A stretch of DNA of 64,000 nucleotides from Bacteroidota bacterium (GTDB lineage: Bacteria; Bacteroidota; Bacteroidia; Bacteroidales; CG2-30-32-10): assembly GCA_013377115.1 (NCBI GenBank), contig JACAAW010000003.1, forward strand, positions 7,325 through 71,324, read 5' to 3'. The notes under the pieces were generated by a model. That model saw only the letters and a program-made list of their open reading frames with translations, had not been told where the DNA came from and did no database searches. Of the stretch, positions 27,088 through 35,509 are shown piece by piece. A program made the position numbers and the translations under genes. The stretch's first letter is position 1, and each line of letters starts with the position of its first letter.

Positions 27088-28014
27088 TTACTTACAGAAA
27101 TTTTCAATAGCCTCACTAGCTTTTTTAAAACCTAAATTCAAAGCTTTTTTCCAATCTGCACAAGCTGCTGCGGTGTTATTTAAACTGTAATAAGAAAGAG
27201 CTCTGTTATTGTATGCTGTGGCATAATTAGGCTTTAAATCAATGGCTTTGGAATAATCTTCAATTGCTTCTGCATATTTTCCCATATCATATTTTACCAA
27301 AGCTCTGTTAAAAAAAGCTGTGGCATAGGTTGGATTTAATTCAATGGCTTTTCCAAAATCGCTGAGTGCCAATCTGAATTCAGATGTGGCGTGTTTTACA
27401 AGACCTCTATTATTATAAGCACCAGCAAATTCAGGATTTAAAAGAATTACTTTTGAATAATCTTCATAAGCGCCAGCATTGTCTTTTAATTCGAAACGAG
27501 CAACGCCACGATTATAATAAGCCATCAAATAATCAGGATTGATTTTGATTGCTTTTGTATAGTCTTCAATGGCATTTTTCTTATCTCCTGTTGCGTATCT
27601 TGAAATTCCACGATTGTTATATGCTTTATCAAATAATGGATTTAATTCAATGGCTTTTGTGTAATCGTCGATCGCACCCAGTAAATCATTGATATCATTT
27701 TTAATACTGCCTCTGTTATTGTAAGCTGAGGCATAGTTCTTATTTATTTCAATAGCTTTTGTGTAGTCTAACAAAGCGCCTTTTTTATCAGAAGTACCCG
27801 ATTTGGCGAATCCTCGATTGTTAAAAGCTTCTGCAAAATCTGGTTTTAGTTTAATGGCTTCCGAATAAAGAATTATTGCCGAATCCAATTGTTTATTATC
27901 CAATTTTAAATTTCCTGCATTATATAAATCCTCAGCATTTAATTTTTGGGAAAAAATATTTGAAATTGCAGAAGACAATAGAAAAAATAAAACGAGAATT
28001 CTTTTCATTTCCAT
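27088..28014 (-). CDS. Secreted tetratricopeptide (TPR) repeat protein
   Basis: Signal peptide, then about 8 canonical 34-aa TPRs ('A..NRG..K.......A..DY.KAIELNP.YA.AY'). Confidence 0.85.
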   Translation of the reverse strand: MEMKRILVLFFLLSSAISNIFSQKLNAEDLYNAGNLKLDNKQLDSAIILYSEAIKLKPDFAEAFNNRGFAKSGTSDKKGALLDYTKAIEINKNYASAYNNRGSIKNDINDLLGAIDDYTKAIELNPLFDKAYNNRGISRYATGDKKNAIEDYTKAIKINPDYLMAYYNRGVARFELKDNAGAYEDYSKVILLNPEFAGAYNNRGLVKHATSEFRLALSDFGKAIELNPTYATAFFNRALVKYDMGKYAEAIEDYSKAIDLKPNYATAYNNRALSYYSLNNTAAACADWKKALNLGFKKASEAIENFCK

Positions 28015-28024
28015 GTAGTTGACA

Positions 28025-29425
28025 TTATTTTTTAATTTTCATTTTTTCTATAAGATGATTAAATTCTGGCATTGATGATAATTTTGAAAAATTTGAGTCA
28101 GATTGTAATCTGTTTACATCATTAAAACCTAATTTTAATGCATCTTCGAGCGATTTAATTGAATTTTTATTTTCACTTTTATTGGCATAAATTATAGCTT
28201 GGAAATAGGCAGATTCTGAATTTTCAGGATCAACAAGAGCATAAATTGTTACAAAGTGCTGGGCTTGCCCCATCTGACCTGATTTTAAAGCACTATTTGA
28301 ATAGGAATAAGCGCTAATACTCAAGAAACTTAATACACGTTTATAAATCAAACATTCTCGTTCATTAATATTTTGTTTAATCAGTGAGTTAATTCTTGCA
28401 ACTTCAGCGTTCCACCATTTAGTGTCATTGGAATTCATGGCATTCATATATTTCCCTTGAAGGGTTTGCTCTTTTAGATTATCCGCTTCAATTGATTTGA
28501 GTTCATTTTGAACAGCATTGGTTTTTCCCAATTCAGCAAATTTTGTTTTATAAATGTCCACATTACTAACACCACTGAGGAAACGGATGAGTTTCAAATA
28601 TATTTTATATTCGCCAAAAATATTGCTTTTTTCTTGGTATTTATTAATTTCGGATTCGCATTTACCAATAAATTCATTGATAATTTTATTGTTGGAAACC
28701 GAGGTTTTATTTCGGATAGATGAAAATTCTAACCAATAAAAAATATCTGGAATAATTTCTTGAGGTGGCCATTCATGTTTCCCATTAAATGTTAAAAGGA
28801 AATGATTGAATTGAATGTTTTCCAAATTTTTATCAAGTTGGCTCATTTCATTATAATTAAAATCTGCAGTGCCACAAACACCCATGAAATCAAATTTGTT
28901 GGTTATTGGCTGATTTAAATTTGGGAATCCCGCTGAAAATCCAACAACTCCAGCGATTCCTCCGTTTTGAATTGCAATTGTACTTGCAACCCTTGATCCT
29001 CCAGAAAAACCAGCCGTATAAACTCGATTTAGGTCAACAGAAAATCTTTCACAAGCATCAGTAAACATTGAATTATAATAAGCATTTGTAGTAGGCCAAG
29101 GTGTTCCATTTTTTGAATTATTTGAACCGATTACGATATATCCATATTTTTCTGCTTCTGCTTTAAATAGTTCTACTGGTGTTAGTCCATTTGCATGAGA
29201 ATCAAAAGCAAAAATAATTGGATATTTTTTTGTTGAATCATAAGTTGATGGCAAATAGAGTGCATAGTTTGTAGTTAAATCTTTTTTGCAAACTACTTTT
29301 TCCAGAATTTTTCCTTTTTCAATTGGAGTTTCAATTTTATTGTTTTTACTGGTTTTGGAGAAACAAGCTACAAATCCAACGGAGATTAAAACAATGAAAA
29401 GCGTTTTTTTAATAAATTGGTTCAT
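28025..29425 (-). CDS. Lipoprotein alpha/beta-hydrolase (esterase) with helical C-terminal extension
   Basis: Lipobox 'GFVAC' and nucleophile elbow 'GFSGGSR'. 'YPIIFAFDSHANG' looks like an esterase/PHB-depolymerase-family N-half. The C-terminal half is helical and TPR-like. Confidence 0.65.
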   Translation of the reverse strand: MNQFIKKTLFIVLISVGFVACFSKTSKNNKIETPIEKGKILEKVVCKKDLTTNYALYLPSTYDSTKKYPIIFAFDSHANGLTPVELFKAEAEKYGYIVIGSNNSKNGTPWPTTNAYYNSMFTDACERFSVDLNRVYTAGFSGGSRVASTIAIQNGGIAGVVGFSAGFPNLNQPITNKFDFMGVCGTADFNYNEMSQLDKNLENIQFNHFLLTFNGKHEWPPQEIIPDIFYWLEFSSIRNKTSVSNNKIINEFIGKCESEINKYQEKSNIFGEYKIYLKLIRFLSGVSNVDIYKTKFAELGKTNAVQNELKSIEADNLKEQTLQGKYMNAMNSNDTKWWNAEVARINSLIKQNINERECLIYKRVLSFLSISAYSYSNSALKSGQMGQAQHFVTIYALVDPENSESAYFQAIIYANKSENKNSIKSLEDALKLGFNDVNRLQSDSNFSKLSSMPEFNHLIEKMKIKK

Positions 29426-29578
29426 AAATTCAGCAAATTTAAATTTTAGAAATTTCAGATAGTCCGTTATGAATTAGTTTAAAAATCTTCATTTCTGTAA
29501 AATAGATTTATTCTTTTCTTTTGCATAAAAGTAAGAAAATTCAATAACAATCATTAAGGAATTTTTCTATTAAAATAT

Positions 29579-29586
29579 TAATTTTG
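29579..29586 (+). promoter_or_regulatory. -7 box (TAATTTTG) for the glycosylase gene
   Basis: Exact TAnnTTTG, 17 nt upstream of the ATG at 29604. Confidence 0.45.
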
Positions 29587-29603
29587 TAAAAAGATTTTTT
29601 AAA

Positions 29604-30182
29604 ATGAATCAGAAATTAACTTCATCATTTTATTTCCAAGAAAATGTTGTTGACTTGGCAAAGAATTTAATAGGGAAATTTCTTGTTACGAATTTTAATG
29701 GTGAAATAACTTCAGGAATGATTAGGGAAACTGAAGCTTATGCTGGAGTTACTGATAAAGCATCGCATGCATATAAAGGTAAAAGGACAAAAAGAACGGA
29801 GATAATGTATCATGAGGGCGGCATTGCTTATGTTTATTTATGTTATGGAATTCATTCACTATTCAATATAGTGTCGAATAGAGCAGATATTCCACATGCA
29901 ATACTAGTTCGGGCCATCAAACCAATAGATGGAATTGAATTAATGAAGCAACGGGCTGGAAAAAAAAATATCGAAAAGAATTTTGCTATTGGTCCAGGGA
30001 AAGTATCAAAAATACTTGGTATTTCATGCCAACACTCTGGATTGGATTTAAATTCTGATTTAATTTGGATTGAGGATAGAGGCCTAAAAATTACTTCGAA
30101 TCAAATTGTTTCCACTCCAAGAATTGGAGTTGCATATGCTGGCGAAGATGCCTTGCTGCCTTATCGTTTTGTTTTAAAATAA
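29604..30182 (+). CDS. DNA-3-methyladenine glycosylase (AAG/Mpg family)
   Basis: 'ETEAYAG..DKASHAYKGKRT.RTE.MY..GG.AYVYLCYGIH' is the family signature. C-terminal 'PRIGV.YAG' is also present. Confidence 0.9.
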   Translation: MNQKLTSSFYFQENVVDLAKNLIGKFLVTNFNGEITSGMIRETEAYAGVTDKASHAYKGKRTKRTEIMYHEGGIAYVYLCYGIHSLFNIVSNRADIPHAILVRAIKPIDGIELMKQRAGKKNIEKNFAIGPGKVSKILGISCQHSGLDLNSDLIWIEDRGLKITSNQIVSTPRIGVAYAGEDALLPYRFVLK

Positions 30183-30244
30183 ACTGTTTTTGAATGAAAT
30201 TGAGAAACAGCACAAAGAACTCCTAAAAATCAACTAAAAAACAC

Positions 30245-30252
30245 TACCTTTG
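30245..30252 (+). promoter_or_regulatory. -7 box (TACCTTTG) for the rlmI-like/MATE pair
   Basis: Exact TAnnTTTG, 19 nt upstream of the ATG at 30272. Confidence 0.45.
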
Positions 30253-30271
30253 CCGACTAAAAATTATAAAA

Positions 30272-31456
30272 ATGAATTTGGCGAAAATTATTCTTAAATC
30301 AGGAAAAGACGATGCTGTCAGAAGATTTCATCCATGGGTTTTTTCAGGTGCAATTAAAAAAATTGAGGGAAATGTTGATGATGGAGATATTGTAGAGGTT
30401 TATTCAAATCATGATGAATATTTGGCAACAGGTCACTATCAAAATGGCACCATCATGGTTCGGTTGTTTTCTTTTAAACAAATAATACCTGACAACGACT
30501 TTTGGAAATCTAAAATCCAAAAAGCTTATGATTTAAGGAAATTAGTTGGTTTAGTTGATAATGAAAATACAAATGTTTATCGTTTGGTTCATGCTGAAGG
30601 TGATGGACTCCCAGGTTTAATTATTGATTTCTATAATGGAACTGCCGTAATTCAAACTCATTCTATAGGAATGCACATGATAAAAGATCAGCTAATAAAA
30701 GCATTAACAGAAGTTTATGGTGACAAACTGAAAGCAGTTTTTGATAAAAGTTCAGAAACAATGCCAAAACAGTCTTCAATAAAACCTCCTGATTCTTATA
30801 TTTTTGGCGGCTCATCAGAAACTGTTGTTTTAGAAAATGATTCGAAATTCCATGTTGAATGGGAGGGAGGACAAAAAACAGGTTTTTTTATTGACCAAAG
30901 AGAAAACCGTGATTTACTTAAAAAGTACTCAAAGGGAAAAACTGTTTTGAATACATTTTGCTATACAGGAGGTTTTTCAGTTACCGCATTAAAAGCTGGT
31001 GCAAAATTGGTACATTCTGTTGATAGCTCAAAGAAAGCAATTGATTTAACTGACAGAAATATTGAATTAAACAATTTTACAGAAAAACAACACCAGTCTA
31101 TTGCAGCAGATGTAATCGATTATTTAAAAGATATCGACAATAAATATGAAGTGATTATCCTTGATCCTCCGGCTTTTGCGAAGCATCAAGATGCAAAACA
31201 TCATGCAGTTCAGGGTTATAAACGTTTAAATGCTCAGGCAATAAAACAGATTAAGCCAGGAGGAATTTTGTTTACATTCTCTTGCTCACAAGTAGTTGAT
31301 AAAAATTTATTTAGCTCAACAGTTGTTTCAGCAGCAATTCAGGTTGGAAGAAATGTTAAAATTCTTCATCGTTTGTCTCAACCACCAGATCATCCTGTTA
31401 GTGCTTTCCATCCAGAAGGTGAATATTTGAAAGGTTTGGTTTTATTTGTTGAATAA
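30272..31456 (+). CDS. rlmI: Class I SAM-dependent 23S rRNA (cytosine-C5) methyltransferase, RlmI-like (PUA + MTase)
   Basis: N-terminal 'RRFHPWVFSGAI' matches the RlmI N-terminus as I recall it. 'GQKTGFFIDQRENR' and 'IILDPPAFA' are SAM-MTase motifs. Confidence 0.8.
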   Translation: MNLAKIILKSGKDDAVRRFHPWVFSGAIKKIEGNVDDGDIVEVYSNHDEYLATGHYQNGTIMVRLFSFKQIIPDNDFWKSKIQKAYDLRKLVGLVDNENTNVYRLVHAEGDGLPGLIIDFYNGTAVIQTHSIGMHMIKDQLIKALTEVYGDKLKAVFDKSSETMPKQSSIKPPDSYIFGGSSETVVLENDSKFHVEWEGGQKTGFFIDQRENRDLLKKYSKGKTVLNTFCYTGGFSVTALKAGAKLVHSVDSSKKAIDLTDRNIELNNFTEKQHQSIAADVIDYLKDIDNKYEVIILDPPAFAKHQDAKHHAVQGYKRLNAQAIKQIKPGGILFTFSCSQVVDKNLFSSTVVSAAIQVGRNVKILHRLSQPPDHPVSAFHPEGEYLKGLVLFVE

Positions 31457-31480
31457 TTTTTCAATAAATAGGTTTAAATC

Positions 31481-32818
31481 ATGACCAACAATATTAAGAT
31501 AACCTATAAGAATATCTGGAAAATTTCTGGTCCAATAATTTTAGCGCTTATTGCTCAAAATTTGCTTAATGTTATTGATACTATTTTTCTGGGAAGAGTA
31601 GGTGAAGTGTCTTTAGGCGCTGGTGCCATTGGAGGCTTGTTTTATTTAGCCGTTGTAATGTTGGGTATCGGTTTTGGAACTGGGACTCAAATATTAATTG
31701 GGAGAAGAAATGGCGAAAAAAACTATGCCCGAATAGGACATATTCTTGACCATAGCTTTTATTTTTTAATGGTTATTGCAATATTTCTTTTCATACTCAT
31801 TAAGTTTATATCACCAATAATTTTAAAGAGTTTTTTACATTCAGAAGCTGTTTTTCAGGGCGCCACAGAATTTATCCATTACAGAAGTTTTGGAATTTTC
31901 TTTGCCTTTATCAATATCAGTTTAAATTCATTCTACATCGGAACGGCTCAAACAAAAGTATTGACATACAGTACTTCATTAATGTCTGCAATAAATATTG
32001 TTCTAGATTATTGTTTGATTTTTGGAAACTGGGGTTTCCCTCAAATGGGAATTGGTGGGGCAGCATTGGCATCTACAATTGCTGAATTTTCAGCAGCAGT
32101 TTTTTTAATTGCTAGAACCTATAAATATGTTGATTTAAAAAAATATAAATTATTCGGCTTTATCAGATTCGATTATAAATTGCTAATGAGAATGCTAAAG
32201 TTAGCTTTTCCAATGATGCTGCAAAATTTCATTTCATTTTCTGCATGGTTTTTATTTTTCATGATAATAGAAAAAATTGGAGAACATGCTTTGGCTATTT
32301 CAAATATTGCCAGAAGTATTTATATGGTTTTAATGATCCCAATTTGGGGACTGAGTTCTGCAACCAACACGCTAGTAAGTAATTTGATTGGGCAAAAAAG
32401 ACCGTATAAAGTAATTCCATTAATTAGGAAAATTACGTTGATGAGTTTTTTGTGTACAATTACTTTATTGCAATTGATTTTTTTCTTTCCTAAATTTTTA
32501 TTGTCGTTTTATACAAACGATCCTATTTTAATTAATGACTCGATACCAACTTTATATGTGATTTCATTTGCATTGATCATGTTTTCATTAACAATGATCA
32601 TGTTTAATGGCGTTTCTGGCTCTGGAAACACAAGAGTGTCCTTTTCAATTGAAGTCATTACGATTGCCTCTTATGTTGTTATGACTTACTTATTAGCAGT
32701 GGTGTTTAATTTAGGAGTAGAAAAGGTATGGCTTGTTGAAAGTTTTTATTTTATTATGCTTGGAGGCTTGTCTTTTTTCTATTTGAAATATGGGAATTGG
32801 AAAGAAACAAAAATTTAA
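31481..32818 (+). CDS. MATE family efflux transporter
   Basis: 12 predicted TM helices. The N-terminal 'ILALIAQNLLNVIDTIFLGRVG' MatE signature is present. Confidence 0.9.
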   Translation: MTNNIKITYKNIWKISGPIILALIAQNLLNVIDTIFLGRVGEVSLGAGAIGGLFYLAVVMLGIGFGTGTQILIGRRNGEKNYARIGHILDHSFYFLMVIAIFLFILIKFISPIILKSFLHSEAVFQGATEFIHYRSFGIFFAFINISLNSFYIGTAQTKVLTYSTSLMSAINIVLDYCLIFGNWGFPQMGIGGAALASTIAEFSAAVFLIARTYKYVDLKKYKLFGFIRFDYKLLMRMLKLAFPMMLQNFISFSAWFLFFMIIEKIGEHALAISNIARSIYMVLMIPIWGLSSATNTLVSNLIGQKRPYKVIPLIRKITLMSFLCTITLLQLIFFFPKFLLSFYTNDPILINDSIPTLYVISFALIMFSLTMIMFNGVSGSGNTRVSFSIEVITIASYVVMTYLLAVVFNLGVEKVWLVESFYFIMLGGLSFFYLKYGNWKETKI

Positions 32819-32855
32819 AAAAAAAGGTTCGCAAACTTGCGAACCTTTTTTTTTA
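32819..32855. terminator. Bidirectional terminator between MATE and the OM barrel gene
   Basis: A-run, then GGTTCGCAA..TTGCGAACC (32826-32845), then a T-run. Confidence 0.7.
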
Positions 32856-32868
32856 AATATAAAAAATC

Positions 32869-33816
32869 TTAGAAATGTAAAGTAACTTTCAAAGAAGCAG
32901 TTCCAGTGTTAGAACCTTTGAATCCAAAAACATTTCCTTGGTTTAAATCAGTATCAATACCGAAAGAAGAAGAACCAGCTGATTCAGTAGTAACTTCACC
33001 TAAAGTAGTTTTTCCATTAATTACACTTGTAGTTTCAGTAGTTTGTGAACCTTTTCCTGCAGATTGGAAACCTAATCCCCAACCATATTCTGCACCAATT
33101 GCAATTTTAGGGAAAATGAAGTATTCAGCACCAATAAATCCACGAACACCAACACCTAAAGTCATTCCTGATTTGTTTGTAAGTGTACGAGAAACAGCAG
33201 CACCTTCTGATAAAGCAGTTCCACCAGCACTCCAAATTGTTGAAGGAGGAGCAATAGTAACACCAGTTGCACCAATAGTTGTGTCAGACATTACGTTTCC
33301 ATATGTGTAGCTTTGTTTTGTACTTGAAATCCATACCATGAAATCAGCACCATAGAAACCTTGTAAACGATTTTTTCCTTTACGGAATTCTTTTCCTACT
33401 CCAATACCAATATTGGTGTTGCTCAATTTGTATTTGTCTTCAACTTGAGGAGTTGGATCTGGGAAAGGATTAGTGTAAGTTGGGATAGAAGTAGTTGCAT
33501 AATCATCAACTAAGTTTTTGTAAGTTTGATTTAAAAAACCTAATCTAACAATTACTCTGTAAGCTTGATTGTCTTCCATGAATTTTTTAGCAACAATAGT
33601 TTGGTTGCCATTCATCCAACTTGCAGATGGTGTTCCGTTTCCTGTGTTACCGTTAAACATATTTCCAACAAAACTAAAAATTGGATCAGCACACATACTA
33701 ATAGCCCAATCATCTTTTTTTGGTAAAAATTCTTCACCTTTTTTTGATACTAATTCCTGAGCAAAAATGCCAGAAAAACTAAATGCTAACGCTAATAAAA
33801 TTACTGTTTTTTTCAT
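32869..33816 (-). CDS. Outer-membrane beta-barrel (porin-like) protein
   Basis: Signal peptide 'MKKTVILLALAFSFSGIFAQ'. Alternating beta-strand pattern, Gly/Thr/Ser-rich loops and a C-terminal '...LKVTLHF' ending in Phe. Confidence 0.6.
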   Translation of the reverse strand: MKKTVILLALAFSFSGIFAQELVSKKGEEFLPKKDDWAISMCADPIFSFVGNMFNGNTGNGTPSASWMNGNQTIVAKKFMEDNQAYRVIVRLGFLNQTYKNLVDDYATTSIPTYTNPFPDPTPQVEDKYKLSNTNIGIGVGKEFRKGKNRLQGFYGADFMVWISSTKQSYTYGNVMSDTTIGATGVTIAPPSTIWSAGGTALSEGAAVSRTLTNKSGMTLGVGVRGFIGAEYFIFPKIAIGAEYGWGLGFQSAGKGSQTTETTSVINGKTTLGEVTTESAGSSSFGIDTDLNQGNVFGFKGSNTGTASLKVTLHF

Positions 33817-33866
33817 AGTTTATTTTTTTGGTTAATACTCTTTTTGTTTATTTTTTAAAAACCTAA

Positions 33867-33874
33867 CAAAATTA
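33867..33874 (-). promoter_or_regulatory. -7 box (TAATTTTG) for the OM barrel gene
   Basis: Exact TAnnTTTG on the minus strand, 50 nt upstream of the ATG at 33816. Confidence 0.4.
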
Positions 33875-33893
33875 ATTGCAATAAATGAGTCAC

Positions 33894-33938
33894 AGTTATT
33901 AACAATTTTAAAGTTATTAACAGGTTTTTGTTAATAAC
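33894..33938. promoter_or_regulatory. Candidate operator: GTTATTAACA three times in 45 bp (two direct, one inverted)
   Basis: AGTTATTAACA at 33894-33904 and 33912-33922. TGTTAATAAC (the reverse complement of GTTATTAACA) at 33929-33938. Copies 2 and 3 form a 10-bp inverted repeat with a 6-nt spacer. The array sits 20-65 bp upstream of the -7 box. Confidence 0.35.
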
Positions 33939-34277
33939 GGGAATTGAAATTATCTGTCCAATTGCGATAAATATTTGTTATTCATAGTATTGAATTGTTT
34001 TGTCTGGGTTTATACCTGATTTTAAAAAAAAGGTTTCATAAACAAATTTTAATAATAGAATTTTTACACTAAATATTTATTAATTGAAAAGCTCTTCTAA
34101 ATTTATACAATCAGTTTTTTGGTCCCTTTTAGATTAAGATCTTTGATAATATAGAATCCACACAACCTGATATTTATCATTACTTATAAAAGACAATAAT
34201 GGAAATGGATTTATAATCGCAATTTGAAAACTGAATTGTTGACTATTAAATTTCTAACAAAACTTAAAATATTTTGT

Positions 34278-34285
34278 TATTTTTG
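34278..34285 (+). promoter_or_regulatory. -7 box (TATTTTTG) for the cupin/PCMD/TBDT cluster
   Basis: Exact TAnnTTTG, 20 nt upstream of the ATG at 34306. Confidence 0.45.
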
Positions 34286-34305
34286 TGATAATAAAATTAT
34301 AGAGA

Positions 34306-34575
34306 ATGAATAAAGTAATTATAGAAAGGTTGAATTCTTCTGAGATTGAAAAGAGAGATGTTAAGAATTGGCCTATTTGGACAAAAGAAATTTCTAAATT
34401 TACTGCCGATTATGAAACTGATGAAGAATGTTTGTTTCTCGAAGGAGAAGTAATAATTGAAACAACCGAAGGTGATTTTAAAATAGTTGCTGGAGATTTT
34501 GTAACATTTAAATCAGGACTTGTTTGTGTTTGGGATATCAAAGAAAAAGTAAAAAAACATTATAATTTTAAATAA
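34306..34575 (+). CDS. Small cupin (DUF861/cupin_3-like)
   Basis: 'VKNWPIWTKE.S.F...Y...E.C.FLEGEV.I....G....AGDFVTF..GL.C.W.I...V.KHY' matches the DUF861 cupin pattern. Confidence 0.7.
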   Translation: MNKVIIERLNSSEIEKRDVKNWPIWTKEISKFTADYETDEECLFLEGEVIIETTEGDFKIVAGDFVTFKSGLVCVWDIKEKVKKHYNFK

Positions 34576-34580
34576 ACCTT

Positions 34581-35495
34581 ATGAAGAAATCATTACTAAC
34601 ATTTATCACAATTTGTTTTTTATTAGTTCCAGTTTTAAAAGCTCAGCAATTACCAAACAACGGCTTTGAAACATGGACAAATGCAAATAAACCTGCATCT
34701 TGGGATGCATCTAATATTTCGGTTCCGCCTTTCGTCGATTATAAAGTTGTTTATCAGGAAACCACTGGTTCTCATTCTGGAAGTAATTGCGTAAAAATGG
34801 AATCAAAAGAATATACAGCTTTTGGTATTACCCGAATCGTTCCTTCATTTATTACACTAGGGAAATTTTGGTTTACAACCATTCCTCAAGCAGGAGGTTA
34901 TTCTGAAGGAATTGTTTTTACTACCCGTCCAGACTCATTAAAACTATTTTATAAATACTCGAAAGTTGCAAATGATACAGGTGCTGTTGTTTTTGAATCA
35001 TGGAAAGGCGTTCACACAACTTTGGTTGCTGGAGATACAACTTATATTACTGCTAATGCTCCAAGTTGGACCGAATTAAAAATACCTTTAGGATATCATT
35101 CAGCGTTGAACCCAGATAGTTTAAATATTGTTTTAAGTGCGTCACATTTATACAATGCTAATGTTATTGCAAGTCTTTCGACACTTTGGGTTGATGATAT
35201 TTCGTTGGTTTATGGTACCGTTTCTATAAATGAAATTGAATTTAATGATAATTTCTGGGTTTCCTACAATGTATATTCAAGTGAACTGTTGGTGAATTAT
35301 AAAACAGAAAAGGATGTAAATACCAGTATTGTTATTTATTCTATTGATGGTAAACTAATTTCAAAAACTGATAGATTATTTAATAATGAGATTCAGAAAA
35401 TAAATATTTCAGATTTAAAGAATGGCAATTATATTTTGACATTATCCACAAGTAACGGAATTCTTAAATCGCAAAAGTTCTCAATTTTTAAGTAA
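34581..35495 (+). CDS. PCMD-domain surface protein with type A T9SS C-terminal domain
   Basis: Signal peptide. 'LPNNGFETWT', 'RPDSLKLFYKY' and 'STLWVDDISLVY' are shared with the paralog at 37904. The C-terminal ~85 aa ('...IVIYSIDGKLIS...LKNGNYILTLSTSNGILKSQKFSIFK') is a T9SS type A tail. Confidence 0.65.
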   Translation: MKKSLLTFITICFLLVPVLKAQQLPNNGFETWTNANKPASWDASNISVPPFVDYKVVYQETTGSHSGSNCVKMESKEYTAFGITRIVPSFITLGKFWFTTIPQAGGYSEGIVFTTRPDSLKLFYKYSKVANDTGAVVFESWKGVHTTLVAGDTTYITANAPSWTELKIPLGYHSALNPDSLNIVLSASHLYNANVIASLSTLWVDDISLVYGTVSINEIEFNDNFWVSYNVYSSELLVNYKTEKDVNTSIVIYSIDGKLISKTDRLFNNEIQKINISDLKNGNYILTLSTSNGILKSQKFSIFK

Positions 35496-35509
35496 TTTCA
35501 ATCTAATTA

